Numbered from the stretch's first letter, positions 38,189 through 48,319 are shown. The stretch is 64,000 nt of DNA from Bacteroidetes/Chlorobi group bacterium MS-B_bin-24 (GCA_003731685.1 RCNO01000006.1:11753-75752), one strand, 5' to 3'. Made by a program: numbers and translations. The notes: generated by a model not told the origin, from the sequence alone.

Positions 38189-38291
38189 TTCTATCTCTCC
38201 ATTACTTTTTAGGAATACAAAATTAGTTTAACTTTGCAAATATTTGATGAAGTGGGATTAATTTAATGGTTACACAATTTGTTTCACCCAA

Positions 38292-38319
38292 GTAGGGGCT
38301 ACCGGCCGGTCGCCCCTAC
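38292..38319. repeat. GC-rich 28-nt palindrome (family 2, copy 2)
   Basis: gtaggggctaccgg|ccggtcgcccctac, one mismatch relative to a perfect palindrome. Confidence 0.85.
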
Positions 38320-38328
38320 AATTTTCTT

Positions 38329-38361
38329 AGACATCGGATGTTTTTGAAACATCCGATGTCT
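38329..38361. repeat. Nested-palindrome hairpin repeat (family 1, copy G)
   Basis: agacatcggatgttt-ttg-aaacatccgatgtct followed by ttt. Lies 9 nt after the GC palindrome. Confidence 0.9.
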
Positions 38362-38453
38362 TTGAATTAGTGTTGTAACCCCTTTACACGGATTTTAATC
38401 TAAATATTACAATTTTCAAATCGTTTATAGCATTTTAAAAATCGGGAAAGCGT

Positions 38454-39440
38454 ATGACAGACATTAGGGAGTTGAACGAAAAGATTCAGCGGGAGAGTGC
38501 ATTTATCGACGCCCTACTGTTGGAGATGGGCAAGGTCATCGTTGGACAAAAAAATATGGTCGAGCGGTTGTTAATTGGTCTTCTCTGCAATGGGCATATT
38601 CTTTTGGAAGGCGTTCCCGGGCTTGCCAAGACGCTGGCAATTAAGACGCTGGCTTCGGCTATAAACGCTTCGTTCAGCAGGATTCAGTTCACGCCCGACC
38701 TTTTGCCAGCCGACTTAATTGGAACTTTGATTTATAGCCAAAAAAGTGAATCTTTCACCGTACGGAAAGGACCAATTTTTGCCAATCTGGTGCTTGCCGA
38801 CGAAATAAACCGAGCCCCAGCAAAAGTTCAGAGTGCTTTGCTCGAAGCAATGCAAGAACGACAGGTAACAATCGGCGACCAAACATTCCCATTGCCCGAC
38901 CCTTTCCTTGTTATGGCAACGCAAAACCCAATCGAACAGGAAGGCACTTATCCTTTGCCCGAAGCACAAGTCGACCGCTTTATGCTTAAAGTTGTTATTA
39001 CTTATCCCGAACGGAACGAAGAACTTGCCATTATGCGCGAAAACCTTGCCCAAGAATTTCCACGACCAAACCCAGTTGTTAATCCTTCGGATATTATTGT
39101 TGCTCGTTCCCTTGTAAAAGAAATTTATATCGATGAGAAAATCGAGCAATATATTCTGGATATAGTTTTTGCCACTCGCTTCCCCGAAAAATTTGGTTTG
39201 GAAAAGATAAAACCATACATAACCTATCCAGCATCGCCAAGGGCTTCGATTTTCTTGGCTCATAGCGCAAAAGCGTATGCGTTTATCCGCCGTCGCGGGT
39301 ATGTTGTTCCCGAAGATGTGCGAGCTCTTTCGCTCGATGTCCTCCGCCACCGTATTGGGTTATCCTACGAGGCAGAAGCCGAAAATGTTACTACAGAAGA
39401 TATCATCAACGAAATTCTTGGGAAAATAGAAGTTCCATAG
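38454..39440 (+). CDS. MoxR-family AAA+ ATPase
   Basis: Walker A region LLEGVPGLAKT, Walker B LLADEINRA, and FLVMATQNPIEQEGTYPLPEAQVDRF, typical of MoxR. Confidence 0.9.
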   Translation: MTDIRELNEKIQRESAFIDALLLEMGKVIVGQKNMVERLLIGLLCNGHILLEGVPGLAKTLAIKTLASAINASFSRIQFTPDLLPADLIGTLIYSQKSESFTVRKGPIFANLVLADEINRAPAKVQSALLEAMQERQVTIGDQTFPLPDPFLVMATQNPIEQEGTYPLPEAQVDRFMLKVVITYPERNEELAIMRENLAQEFPRPNPVVNPSDIIVARSLVKEIYIDEKIEQYILDIVFATRFPEKFGLEKIKPYITYPASPRASIFLAHSAKAYAFIRRRGYVVPEDVRALSLDVLRHRIGLSYEAEAENVTTEDIINEILGKIEVP

Positions 39441-39447
39441 TCGGAGC

Positions 39448-40323
39448 ATGGAAACAAGCGAACTCCTTCGGAAAGTTCGAAAAATTGAAATTAAAACCCG
39501 ACGGCTTTCTCAAAACATCTTTTCGGGTCAATACCACAGCATTTTCAAAGGTAGAGGGATTGCATTCAGTGAAGTCCGCGAATATCAAATTGGCGACGAT
39601 GTTCGGCTTATCGACTGGAATGTTACCGCTCGATTTAATCATCCCTATGTCAAAGTATTCGAAGAAGAAAGAGAACTCACACTCATTCTGCTTATAGACA
39701 TCAGCGGTTCGGAATCTTTTGGTTCACAAGTTAGTTTTAAAAGAGATTTAATTACGGAAATCTCGGCAATTTTTGCTTTCTCTGCTCTTCAAAATAATGA
39801 TAAAATTGGTGCGATACTTTTTTCCGACCGAGTCGAAAAATTTATACCACCTAAAAAAGGTCGAACACATATACTTCATATTATACGAGAGCTTTTGAAT
39901 TTCCAACCGCAATCGAATCGCACAAATCTTCGAACTGCACTGGAATTTGTTTTCAATTCAATCAAAAAGCGCTCGATTGTTGTGATTCTTTCGGATTTTC
40001 TCGATAGCGGATTCGACGATGCTTTGAAAATTGTCGCCCGCAAACACGATACAATTGCTATTCAAGTAGCAGACCAAAGGGAATCGGATATTCCAAATGT
40101 TGGATTAATTTATCTTGAAGATGCAGAGACTGGCGAAACTTTCTGGTTCGATTCATCCGATAATTTGGCTTTGAAAAATTATCGGATTTGGTGGCATTCC
40201 CGTCAACTTTATCTTCGGGAAACATTTCAAAAAGCCAAAGTGGATTTTATCCAAGTTCAAACGGGACAATCTTACATCGAACCATTAATTGAGTTTTTCA
40301 GAAAACGAGAAAGAAGAGTTTGA
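39448..40323 (+). CDS. DUF58 domain protein (vWA-like, MoxR partner)
   Basis: GEYHS-type motif GQYHSIFKGRGIAFSEVREYQIGDDVRLIDW, then LLIDISGSE. Sits directly after moxR, as in Bat-type operons. Confidence 0.85.
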   Translation: METSELLRKVRKIEIKTRRLSQNIFSGQYHSIFKGRGIAFSEVREYQIGDDVRLIDWNVTARFNHPYVKVFEEERELTLILLIDISGSESFGSQVSFKRDLITEISAIFAFSALQNNDKIGAILFSDRVEKFIPPKKGRTHILHIIRELLNFQPQSNRTNLRTALEFVFNSIKKRSIVVILSDFLDSGFDDALKIVARKHDTIAIQVADQRESDIPNVGLIYLEDAETGETFWFDSSDNLALKNYRIWWHSRQLYLRETFQKAKVDFIQVQTGQSYIEPLIEFFRKRERRV

Positions 40324-40325
40324 TT

Positions 40326-41282
40326 ATGAATGCTCGTATCTTCTTTGGTTTTGCTTTGTTTGTTCTTCTTTTACCTGTTTTCGTGTTTGCACAAGAAGTT
40401 AAATCCAGAGTTTGGACAGATACAAACCGCATCTTAATTGGCGACCATCTGTTGCTTCATATTCAAGTTGAAGCCACTCCGCCGACGGAAGTCATCTTCC
40501 CCGAATTCAAAGATTCACTTGGCAAATTCGAAATCGTTCGTGTTAATCCACTCGACACGCAAAAGTTTGACAACAAAATTCAATTCAACAAGAAAGTTGT
40601 TCTAATTGCATTTGATACAGGCAATTTGGTAATTCCATCGTTGAATATACTTTATTTAAAGAAGAATACAAATCAATTTGCTTCGATTCTGACCGATTCA
40701 ATCAACATTTTTGTTAAAGGCATCGAAATTGACACAACGAAGGATATCAAAGACATTAAGGGAATTATTGAAATTCCATATACATTTTGGGATTATCTAC
40801 CATATATTTTGATTGTAATTGGCATCGTTGCTGTTGCCTATCTTGTTTATTTCTTTTTAAAGCGGAGGAAAAAGATTTCTGGGGTCGAAGAACCGAAGGT
40901 TCCCCCTCATATCGAGGCTCTCGAAGCTTTAAAGAAATTGGACATGGAAAAGCTTTGGCAGAAAGGCTATGTCAAAGATTTCCACGTTCAACTTACGGAA
41001 ATTATTCGGCGATATATCGAGCGACAATTCGAAATTCCCGCATTGGAGATGATTTCCGAGGAGATTCTGCAAAGTTTGGAACAAAAGAACATAGCCGATT
41101 CCTCTTTGCTGACGAAGTTGCATCGCTCGTTCGAAATTTCAGATTTGGTGAAATTCGCAAAGTTTGTTCCCTTGCCCGACGAAAACGCTTTTTGTTTGAA
41201 AACAGCATTTGAATTTGTCGAATCCACAATGCCAAAAGAGACCGAAACTTCCCAAGTCGAGAAAGATAAGGGGGCAGAATGA
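40326..41282 (+). CDS. Membrane protein, BatD-like N-terminal periplasmic domain fused to a DUF4381-like TM/cytoplasmic segment (tentative)
   Basis: Signal peptide, central TM YILIVIGIVAVAYLVYFF followed by KRRKK, then EALEALKKL...LTEIIRRYIERQFEIPALEMISEEIL, the pattern seen after the TM in DUF4381 proteins of Bat operons. Confidence 0.5.
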   Translation: MNARIFFGFALFVLLLPVFVFAQEVKSRVWTDTNRILIGDHLLLHIQVEATPPTEVIFPEFKDSLGKFEIVRVNPLDTQKFDNKIQFNKKVVLIAFDTGNLVIPSLNILYLKKNTNQFASILTDSINIFVKGIEIDTTKDIKDIKGIIEIPYTFWDYLPYILIVIGIVAVAYLVYFFLKRRKKISGVEEPKVPPHIEALEALKKLDMEKLWQKGYVKDFHVQLTEIIRRYIERQFEIPALEMISEEILQSLEQKNIADSSLLTKLHRSFEISDLVKFAKFVPLPDENAFCLKTAFEFVESTMPKETETSQVEKDKGAE

Positions 41283-42277
41283 AACTTTTCGGTTTCCACT
41301 TTGCAAATCCAGAATTTCTTTGGCTTTTGCTTTTGATTCCCTTGCTTGTGGCGTGGTATTATTTCAAACGAAAGAAAATCAATGTCCCAATAAGATTTTC
41401 AACAATCGAGGGATTTCAAAGAACAAAACCAAGCTGGCGGGTTCGATTGATTCATCTGCCTTTTGCTTTAAGAATTGTTGCAATTACTTTCTTAATTATT
41501 GCCTTTGCCAGACCGCAAAGTTCAAGTTCCGAAAAGCAAATCGAAACCGAAGGCATCGATATCGTGATAACGCTCGACATTTCGGGTTCTATGCTTGCCG
41601 AAGATTTCAAGCCGAACAGGCTCGAAGCGGCGAAAAAAATCACCAGCGAATTTATCGACGCTCGACCAAACGACAGGATTGGGCTGGTCATCTTTAGTGC
41701 CAAAAGTTTCACTCAATGCCCAATTACAATTGACCATTCCGTGTTGAAGAACCTTTTGAAGCAGATTAAATCGGGCTTAATCGAAGATGGCACCGCAATC
41801 GGTATGGGGCTGGCGGCCGCAGTCGACCGACTGAAAGACAGCAAAGCCAAAAGCCGTGTGATTATTCTTCTGACCGATGGAATTAACAACACGGGAATTA
41901 TCTCGCCGCTTACTGCTGCCGAACTGGCAAAATCTTTCGGCATTCGTGTTTACGCAATTGGGGTTGGGACTTTGGGGAAGGCTCCGTATCCTGTGCAAAC
42001 TCCCTTCGGCATTCAATATATGAATGTGGATGTCGAAATCGACGAGGCTTTGCTGAAAGATATTGCCCAAAACACGGGAGGCAAGTATTTCCGTGCCACA
42101 AATAATAAGGCTCTCGAAACAATTTACAAAGAAATTGACGAAATGGAGAAAACCAAAATCAAACAGACCATTTTCACAACTTTTACCGATGAGTTTTTCC
42201 CCTTCCTTTTGATTGGCACTATTGCCCTTGTTGTCGAAATTCTTTTGCGAATGTTTGTTTTAAAGAAAATCCCATAA
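41279..42277 (+). CDS. vWA-domain membrane protein, BatA-like
   Basis: N-terminal TM, MIDAS motif LDISGSM, LLTDGINNTG, C-terminal TM. ATGA overlap with the preceding gene. Confidence 0.85.
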   Translation: MKLFGFHFANPEFLWLLLLIPLLVAWYYFKRKKINVPIRFSTIEGFQRTKPSWRVRLIHLPFALRIVAITFLIIAFARPQSSSSEKQIETEGIDIVITLDISGSMLAEDFKPNRLEAAKKITSEFIDARPNDRIGLVIFSAKSFTQCPITIDHSVLKNLLKQIKSGLIEDGTAIGMGLAAAVDRLKDSKAKSRVIILLTDGINNTGIISPLTAAELAKSFGIRVYAIGVGTLGKAPYPVQTPFGIQYMNVDVEIDEALLKDIAQNTGGKYFRATNNKALETIYKEIDEMEKTKIKQTIFTTFTDEFFPFLLIGTIALVVEILLRMFVLKKIP

Positions 42278-42283
42278 TTGCGA

Positions 42284-42892
42284 ATGGAACGAATAGATTT
42301 GCTCATTGTCGGGCTTGGGAATCACACCGAACAGTATCTCGAAACGAGGCACAACATCGGATGGATGGTTGCAACAGCATTTTGCCAAAAGCATCATAGC
42401 CATTTCGTTCCTATTTCTTCGCAATACTATTTGGCAAAGGTTAACTTTGCAGGCAACAATGTTCTTGTGATGCTTCCCCGAACCTATATGAACAATTCAG
42501 GCATTGCGGTGCGTGCAGTTGTTGAAAAATACCAAATCTCTGTGGAGAAGATTCTCGTAATTTGCGATGAATACAATTTTCCGCTGGGGAAAATTCATCT
42601 AAAAGATAGCGGAGGCGATGGCGGGCACAATGGAGTTCGTTCGGTTATCGAAAAGCTTGGCGAGACGAAATTTATGCGACTTCGTTGTGGTATTGGCAGA
42701 AATTTTGGGGAAAACGAACTTGTCCAGTATGTGCTGTCGCCTTTCGAGCCCGAGGAGATTCCAATTCGCGACCAGATGATTTCCCGTGCCGTCGAAGCAA
42801 TCGAATACCTTTTGCTGAAAGGCAAAAGCCGCGCAATGAGCGACATCAACTCCGAAAAGCTCTGGAAAATCGAAATCCCACCCAAGCAATAG
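42284..42892 (+). CDS. pth: Peptidyl-tRNA hydrolase
   Basis: LIVGLGNHTEQYLETRHNIGWMV and GGHNGVRS motifs. Confidence 0.9.
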   Translation: MERIDLLIVGLGNHTEQYLETRHNIGWMVATAFCQKHHSHFVPISSQYYLAKVNFAGNNVLVMLPRTYMNNSGIAVRAVVEKYQISVEKILVICDEYNFPLGKIHLKDSGGDGGHNGVRSVIEKLGETKFMRLRCGIGRNFGENELVQYVLSPFEPEEIPIRDQMISRAVEAIEYLLLKGKSRAMSDINSEKLWKIEIPPKQ

Positions 42893-42895
42893 TAA

Positions 42896-42928
42896 AGACA
42901 TCGGATGTTTTCGAAACATCCGATGTCG
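42896..42928. repeat. Nested-palindrome hairpin repeat (family 1, copy H)
   Basis: agacatcggatgttt-tcg-aaacatccgatgtcg. Begins 3 nt after the pth stop. Confidence 0.9.
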
Positions 42929-42939
42929 GAAAAATAATC

Positions 42940-42967
42940 GTAAGGGCGACCGGCTGGTCGCCCATAC
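42940..42967. repeat. GC-rich 28-nt palindrome (family 2, copy 3, two mismatches)
   Basis: gtaagggcgaccgg|ctggtcgcccatac, 11 nt after hairpin copy H. The order is inverted relative to the loci at 13056 and 38292. Confidence 0.8.
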
Positions 42968-43115
42968 AAGAAATAAAATAAGAAAAATTATACAATCAAA
43001 ATAGGAAAGTTTTGGGTAAAATAATGCCAACAAACAGGAAATTTTACATTTGCTTTTGCTAACTATAATTGCAATTTTGGGTTTATTTTTTATTTTTGAA
43101 TTTGATTTTTTTGCT

Positions 43116-43760
43116 ATGGATTATTTTCCAATACTTATTGATTTAAGGAAGTTCAATGCTGTGGTTATCGGCGGTGGGGAAGTTGCAACAAGGAAGGTCA
43201 AAAACCTGCTCGAATTCGGCGCCTGCCCTGTGATAATTGCCCCCGATGTTACCGATGAACTGAAAGAATTGATACTGCGGAACAATCTTGAACATAAGCC
43301 AAGAAAATACAATAAAGGCGATTTGAATGGCTTCAATCTTGTCTTTGTTGCAACAGATTCGCCCGAAATTGATAACGAGATTCTCGAAGAAGCGAAGCAA
43401 ACAGGATGTATTGTGAATTTTGCCGACCAGCCCGAGTTGTGCAATTTCATCGTTCCGTCGTTTATCAAGCGAGGCGAGTTGGTTATTTCAATTTCCACCC
43501 AAGGCAAAGTTCCTTTCCTATCTCGTTTCGTTCGTGAATGCCTTGAAGAGAAGTTCCCGCCTTCGTTTACTCAATTTGTTGAACTATCGAAAATTTTGCG
43601 GAATAAATTGAAACAAGAAAATGTCCGTGGAGAAATGAAAGAAAAAATCATAGATGAATTTCTTGCAATCAAATGGGTCGAAATTATCGAAGATGAAGGA
43701 TTCGATTATGCTTTGATATTGCTTAACGACTTCTTGGAAACTTATGTCGGGAAAAAATAA
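43116..43760 (+). CDS. Precorrin-2 dehydrogenase / sirohydrochlorin ferrochelatase (CysG N-terminal domain / SirC-type)
   Basis: YFPILIDLRKFNAVVIGGGEVATRKVKNLLEFGA Rossmann signature. Start moved to MDYFPI at 43116. Confidence 0.8.
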   Translation: MDYFPILIDLRKFNAVVIGGGEVATRKVKNLLEFGACPVIIAPDVTDELKELILRNNLEHKPRKYNKGDLNGFNLVFVATDSPEIDNEILEEAKQTGCIVNFADQPELCNFIVPSFIKRGELVISISTQGKVPFLSRFVRECLEEKFPPSFTQFVELSKILRNKLKQENVRGEMKEKIIDEFLAIKWVEIIEDEGFDYALILLNDFLETYVGKK

Positions 43761-45294
43761 AGCAAAAAAAAGTAAAGTCTATATTGTTGGAGCGGGACCG
43801 GGGGACCCTTTCCTAATTACTTTGCGTGGCTTCGAGACGCTTTGCAAAGCCGAGGTGATTCTTTACGACCGATTGGTCAATCCTTTGTTGTTACAATACG
43901 CAAAGCCAAACGCCGAAAAAATCTTCGTTGGAAAAGAACCGGGCAAACAAAAGTTCTCGCAAGATGTTATAAATGAATTGCTTTTGAAATATGCAAGCGA
44001 AGGTAAAAATGTAGTTCGATTGAAAGGAGGCGACCCATATATTTTCGGTCGTGGTTCCGAAGAGGCTCTCTTCCTTAAAGAAAACGGCATTGATTTCGAG
44101 GTGATACCTGGAGTGACATCGGCTCTTGGGGCATCTGCATACGCGGGGATACCGCTTACTCATCGTGCGTTGATTACGGGCGTCCTTTTTATTACTGCAC
44201 ACGAGGACCCAACAAAATCCGAGAGCCAGATTGATTTTAAGTCGATTGCACAATTAAAAAACATAACAATTGCAATTTATATGGGTGCTGGGCGGCTCCG
44301 AAGTGTTGTTGAATCCTTGATTGCAAATGGTTTCGATAAGGATGCTGAATCTGCAATTGTTGTCGAAGGGACGACACCGCGCCAGCGTTCGTTTGCTGCT
44401 ACCCTATGTGAATTGCCCGATTTAGCCGAGAAAACAAACTTGCATCCACCTTTGTTGACGATAATTTCCCCCAGCTCACGATTTCAAAATCAACTGAACT
44501 GGTTCGAACGAAACCCTTTGTTTGGCAAGAAAATTATCACGACCCGAGCACTCGACCAATCCGATTCCCTTTTCGAAAAATTAATTTTCGAAGGTGCGGA
44601 GGTTGTCCCTTTCCAAACCTTTTCGACCGAACAAGTTTCTTTGAGCAAATCCGATTTTTTGGAACTTGCAAATAAACATTTCGATTGGTTCGTTTTTACA
44701 AGCCAAAATGGTGTTCGTTACTTCTTTTCGCAACTTTTCGAAAACGATTTCGATTCGAGATTTTTCGGCAACTCCAAAATTGCAGTCATTGGAGAAAAAA
44801 CGGCACAGGAAGTTCGCAAATATGGTCTAATCCCCGACTTTGTCCCATCGAAATTTAATTCCAATGCGTTTATCGAGGAATTTACGCAAAAATACAATAT
44901 ATCCCAACTTAACATTATTCGTATTAAAGGAAATTTTGTAAAAGACCCAGTAGGCGAATTCCTTGCGAGCAAGGCTCACCGCTACGAAAATTTGATTGTT
45001 TACAGAATTAATAAAATAAATCCATCGGAAGACGAGAAAAGCAAAATCATAAATGCAGATGCAGATGCAATAATTTTCACTGCTTCTTCGATTGTAGATA
45101 ATTTCTTTGAAATATTTGGGGAAACGATAGCACGGAAAATGCTCGAAAAGATTAAAGTGTTCGCAATTGGTCCAATGACAGCGGAATCGCTCGAAAGCAA
45201 AGGTATTATGAATATTTACGTTGCCGAAAAGCACACAATCGAAGGGATAATCGATTTGATGAAGCAAGTTTTTTCGAAAAAGGAGGACCTATGA
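43744..45294 (+). CDS. Fused uroporphyrinogen-III C-methyltransferase / uroporphyrinogen-III synthase (CobA-HemD)
   Basis: VYIVGAGPGDPFLITLRG, LKGGDPYIFGRG and IPGVTSALGA (SUMT motifs) in the N-terminal half. About 250-aa HemD-like C-terminal half. Confidence 0.85.
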   Translation: MSGKNKAKKSKVYIVGAGPGDPFLITLRGFETLCKAEVILYDRLVNPLLLQYAKPNAEKIFVGKEPGKQKFSQDVINELLLKYASEGKNVVRLKGGDPYIFGRGSEEALFLKENGIDFEVIPGVTSALGASAYAGIPLTHRALITGVLFITAHEDPTKSESQIDFKSIAQLKNITIAIYMGAGRLRSVVESLIANGFDKDAESAIVVEGTTPRQRSFAATLCELPDLAEKTNLHPPLLTIISPSSRFQNQLNWFERNPLFGKKIITTRALDQSDSLFEKLIFEGAEVVPFQTFSTEQVSLSKSDFLELANKHFDWFVFTSQNGVRYFFSQLFENDFDSRFFGNSKIAVIGEKTAQEVRKYGLIPDFVPSKFNSNAFIEEFTQKYNISQLNIIRIKGNFVKDPVGEFLASKAHRYENLIVYRINKINPSEDEKSKIINADADAIIFTASSIVDNFFEIFGETIARKMLEKIKVFAIGPMTAESLESKGIMNIYVAEKHTIEGIIDLMKQVFSKKEDL

Positions 45295-46799
45295 AATTCA
45301 TCTTGATACCAGAAGAGATGCGAAAAGCCGATTCCACCGCAATTGAGGATTACAAAATTCCGTCGCCAATTTTGATGGAAAATGCTGCTCGTTCGAGTGC
45401 AATTTATATCGAGCAGATATTGGAAAAGAAGGGGATGGATGCTCCTAAAATTGCAATTTTTTGCGGGAGCGGAAATAACGGTGGCGATGGCTTTGCTTTG
45501 GCTCGTCATCTTTTCAACAAATTTGACATCAAAGTTTTCTGGATTGGGGATGAATCGAAAATGAGTTCCGAAACTCGTGCGAACTTTGAAATTGCCAAAG
45601 CAATTGGAATTCCAATGGAAAAAATCGAATCCACCGAACAGCTGGAAAAAATCAACATAAACCACGATGTCCTGATTGATGCAATGATTGGCGTTGGCGG
45701 TAGCGAAAATATTCGTGGAATTGCATTCGACATACTTAAAAAAATCAAAGAACTCAAAGCTCTGAAAATTGCTATCGATAGCCCGACTGGCTTGAACACC
45801 TTAACTGGCTTTGCCAATCCATATTGTTTCGAGGCTGACTACACAATTAATATGTACACATACAAATTAGGATTGCTGATAAACGAAGGAATAAACCGCA
45901 GCGGCGAGATTTTGGTGGCTGGTTTGGGAGCACCAAACTTTATCGTTGAACAAATTGCCAAAACTTTTGCCTACTCCGAAGAGGACATCAAACGAATCAT
46001 CCCTGCACGCAAGCGTATAAGCAGTAAATTTGACTACGGCAGAGTGTTGATTATTGCCGGTTCCGAACGTTATCCCGGTGCGGCTGCTTTGGCTTCGAAT
46101 GCTTCGATAAAAAGTGGAGCAGGGCTTACTATTCTTGCCAGCACTGCTTTCCACCCTGCTGTCCTACCCGAAGTGATTCGCTTTCCTTTGCCTTCGAACT
46201 CCGATGGAAGTATCTCATTTAAGTCCTTCGAAGTTTTGCAGAGTGAATTGGAGCGAGCGGATTCCATTGCTATTGGACCGGGGCTTTCGGATAATCCTGA
46301 AACACAAAGTTTGGTTAAGAAAATCATTGAACAATACAAGAATACAAAAAGAATAGTAGTCGATGCAGATGCATTAAGAGCAATCGAACCCGGACAGTTG
46401 CTGACCAAAAATATCGTTATCACTCCACATTGTGGAGAGCTTTCTCGAATCATCGGAATTCCTCGGCAAGAAATCGAAAAGAATGCTTTCTTTGTTGCAA
46501 AAGAATGGGCAGAGAAATTGAACTGCATCATCCATTTGAAGCACGTCCCAAGCATTACTACTGATGGCGTGTATTCCTATTTAACATTGAACGGCAACCC
46601 GGGAATGGCAACTGGTGGGAGCGGAGATGTTTTGACAGGGATAATTGCAACGATGCTCGCCCGGGGAATTGAACCTTTGCAATCTGCTTCCATCTCGGCT
46701 TTTATCCATTCCCTTGCAGGCGATAGATATGCATGTAAATATGGAATGGAAACTTTAACCGCTTCTTCACTGATTGATACCTTATCGGAGATTCTTTAA
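45291..46799 (+). CDS. nnr: Bifunctional NAD(P)H-hydrate repair enzyme (epimerase / ADP-dependent dehydratase)
   Basis: YjeF-N motif CGSGNNGGDG. C-terminal carbohydrate-kinase-like GGSGDVLTG. 502 aa. Confidence 0.9.
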   Translation: MKFILIPEEMRKADSTAIEDYKIPSPILMENAARSSAIYIEQILEKKGMDAPKIAIFCGSGNNGGDGFALARHLFNKFDIKVFWIGDESKMSSETRANFEIAKAIGIPMEKIESTEQLEKININHDVLIDAMIGVGGSENIRGIAFDILKKIKELKALKIAIDSPTGLNTLTGFANPYCFEADYTINMYTYKLGLLINEGINRSGEILVAGLGAPNFIVEQIAKTFAYSEEDIKRIIPARKRISSKFDYGRVLIIAGSERYPGAAALASNASIKSGAGLTILASTAFHPAVLPEVIRFPLPSNSDGSISFKSFEVLQSELERADSIAIGPGLSDNPETQSLVKKIIEQYKNTKRIVVDADALRAIEPGQLLTKNIVITPHCGELSRIIGIPRQEIEKNAFFVAKEWAEKLNCIIHLKHVPSITTDGVYSYLTLNGNPGMATGGSGDVLTGIIATMLARGIEPLQSASISAFIHSLAGDRYACKYGMETLTASSLIDTLSEIL

Positions 46800-46802
46800 G
46801 TT

Positions 46803-47189
46803 ATGCGTAGCCGAAAAATTATTCTTTGCTTGCCTTCGGTAATTTTCGCTATTTTGATTTTTGCGCTTTCCCATCTTCCGTCGGATTTGATACCACCAAA
46901 CGTTTTTAACCTTCAGGATAAACTTCTCCACGCCTTCGTTTTCTTCCTTTTTGGTATTTCATTGCTTATTGCTTTTTCTAATGTAAATAGCAAAAGAAAA
47001 GTTTTAATTCTTGTTTTCCTTATAGGCTCAATCTACGGTATGCTCGACGAACTTCACCAATTATTTGTTCCAGGGCGAGTGTGCGACATAACTGATTGGA
47101 TAGCAGATTCCTTTGGTGTTGCTATCTCTTTGTTTTTCCGAGCAAAAGTCCAAACAAAAGTTCATTCGATATTTTTTAAAAAGCAATGA
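46803..47189 (+). CDS. VanZ family membrane protein
   Basis: 128 aa, 4 TM. DKLLHAFVF and DELHQLFVPGRVCDITDWIAD motifs. Confidence 0.8.
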   Translation: MRSRKIILCLPSVIFAILIFALSHLPSDLIPPNVFNLQDKLLHAFVFFLFGISLLIAFSNVNSKRKVLILVFLIGSIYGMLDELHQLFVPGRVCDITDWIADSFGVAISLFFRAKVQTKVHSIFFKKQ

Positions 47190-48319
47190 CGGAAGCTTTT
47201 TTTAAAGTGGTTGGAACATCAAGCGAATGCAAAGCCCGGGCTGGCGTTTTGAACCTAAACGGGATAGAAATTCCCACCCCGGTTTTTATGCCGGTTGGTA
47301 CATACGGAACTGTTAAGGCACTTATGCACATAACCGTATCGGAACTTGGATACAACTTGATTTTGGGGAATACTTATCATCTTTATCTCCGGCCCGGAAC
47401 CGAAGTGATTGAACATTTTGGTGGATTGCATTCGTTTATCCATTGGAACAAAGGTATTTTAACCGATAGCGGTGGCTATCAAATCTTTTCGTTGCAAAGC
47501 TTTAGGAAATTCACAGACGAAGGTGTTGAGTTTCGTTCCCATTTGGATGGTTCCAAGCATTTTTTCACTCCTGAAAAAGTCATAGAAATCCAAAGAATTT
47601 TTGGTTCCGATATAGTTATGGTTTTGGATGATTGTACCGAGTACCCCGTCGAATATTCTCAAGCGGAAGAGTCGCTTAATAGAACTATTCAATGGGCAAA
47701 GAGGAGCAAAGAATCATTCGAAAGCACTTCGCCTCGCTGGAACCGGATGCAATATCTTTTCGGAATCATTCAAGGGGCTACTTTCCCCGAACTTCGACGG
47801 AAATCTATCGAGGAGCTCATTTCGCTCCAATTCGATGGCTATGCGATTGGGGGACTTTCGGTTGGCGAACCCGAAAATTTGATGTATGAAATCACCGACT
47901 TTTGCACAAATCTGTTGCCTACTGAAAAGCCAAGATATTTGATGGGGGTCGGCACCCCTTCCAACATTTTAAACTGCATTGAGTTGGGGATTGATATGTT
48001 CGATTGCGTTTTGCCGACTCGCAATGCACGAAACGGGCAGATTTTCACAACCCGCGGGAAAATAAACATTCGCAATGCAAAATATAGGTTTTCGAAAGAG
48101 TCGATTGACCCCGGTTTGGACAATGAAATTAGCAAGGAGTTTTCTTTGGGCTATCTGCGCCATCTTTTTATTGCAGAAGAAATTTTAGGACTAACTTTGG
48201 CAACATACCAAAATCTTGCATTTTATAAGTGGCTTGTAAGCACTGCCAGAGAAAAAATACTTTCGGATGATTTCCGTCAAGGGAAAAATAAATTAATTTT
48301 GAATTTTGAGAAAGAATAG
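47186..48319 (+). CDS. tgt: Queuine tRNA-ribosyltransferase (tRNA-guanine transglycosylase)
   Basis: ARAGVLNLNGIEIPTPVFMPVGT, LTDSGGYQ, GLSVGEP, and zinc site CDCVLPTR-like FDCVLPTRNARNG. Confidence 0.9.
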   Translation: MTEAFFKVVGTSSECKARAGVLNLNGIEIPTPVFMPVGTYGTVKALMHITVSELGYNLILGNTYHLYLRPGTEVIEHFGGLHSFIHWNKGILTDSGGYQIFSLQSFRKFTDEGVEFRSHLDGSKHFFTPEKVIEIQRIFGSDIVMVLDDCTEYPVEYSQAEESLNRTIQWAKRSKESFESTSPRWNRMQYLFGIIQGATFPELRRKSIEELISLQFDGYAIGGLSVGEPENLMYEITDFCTNLLPTEKPRYLMGVGTPSNILNCIELGIDMFDCVLPTRNARNGQIFTTRGKINIRNAKYRFSKESIDPGLDNEISKEFSLGYLRHLFIAEEILGLTLATYQNLAFYKWLVSTAREKILSDDFRQGKNKLILNFEKE

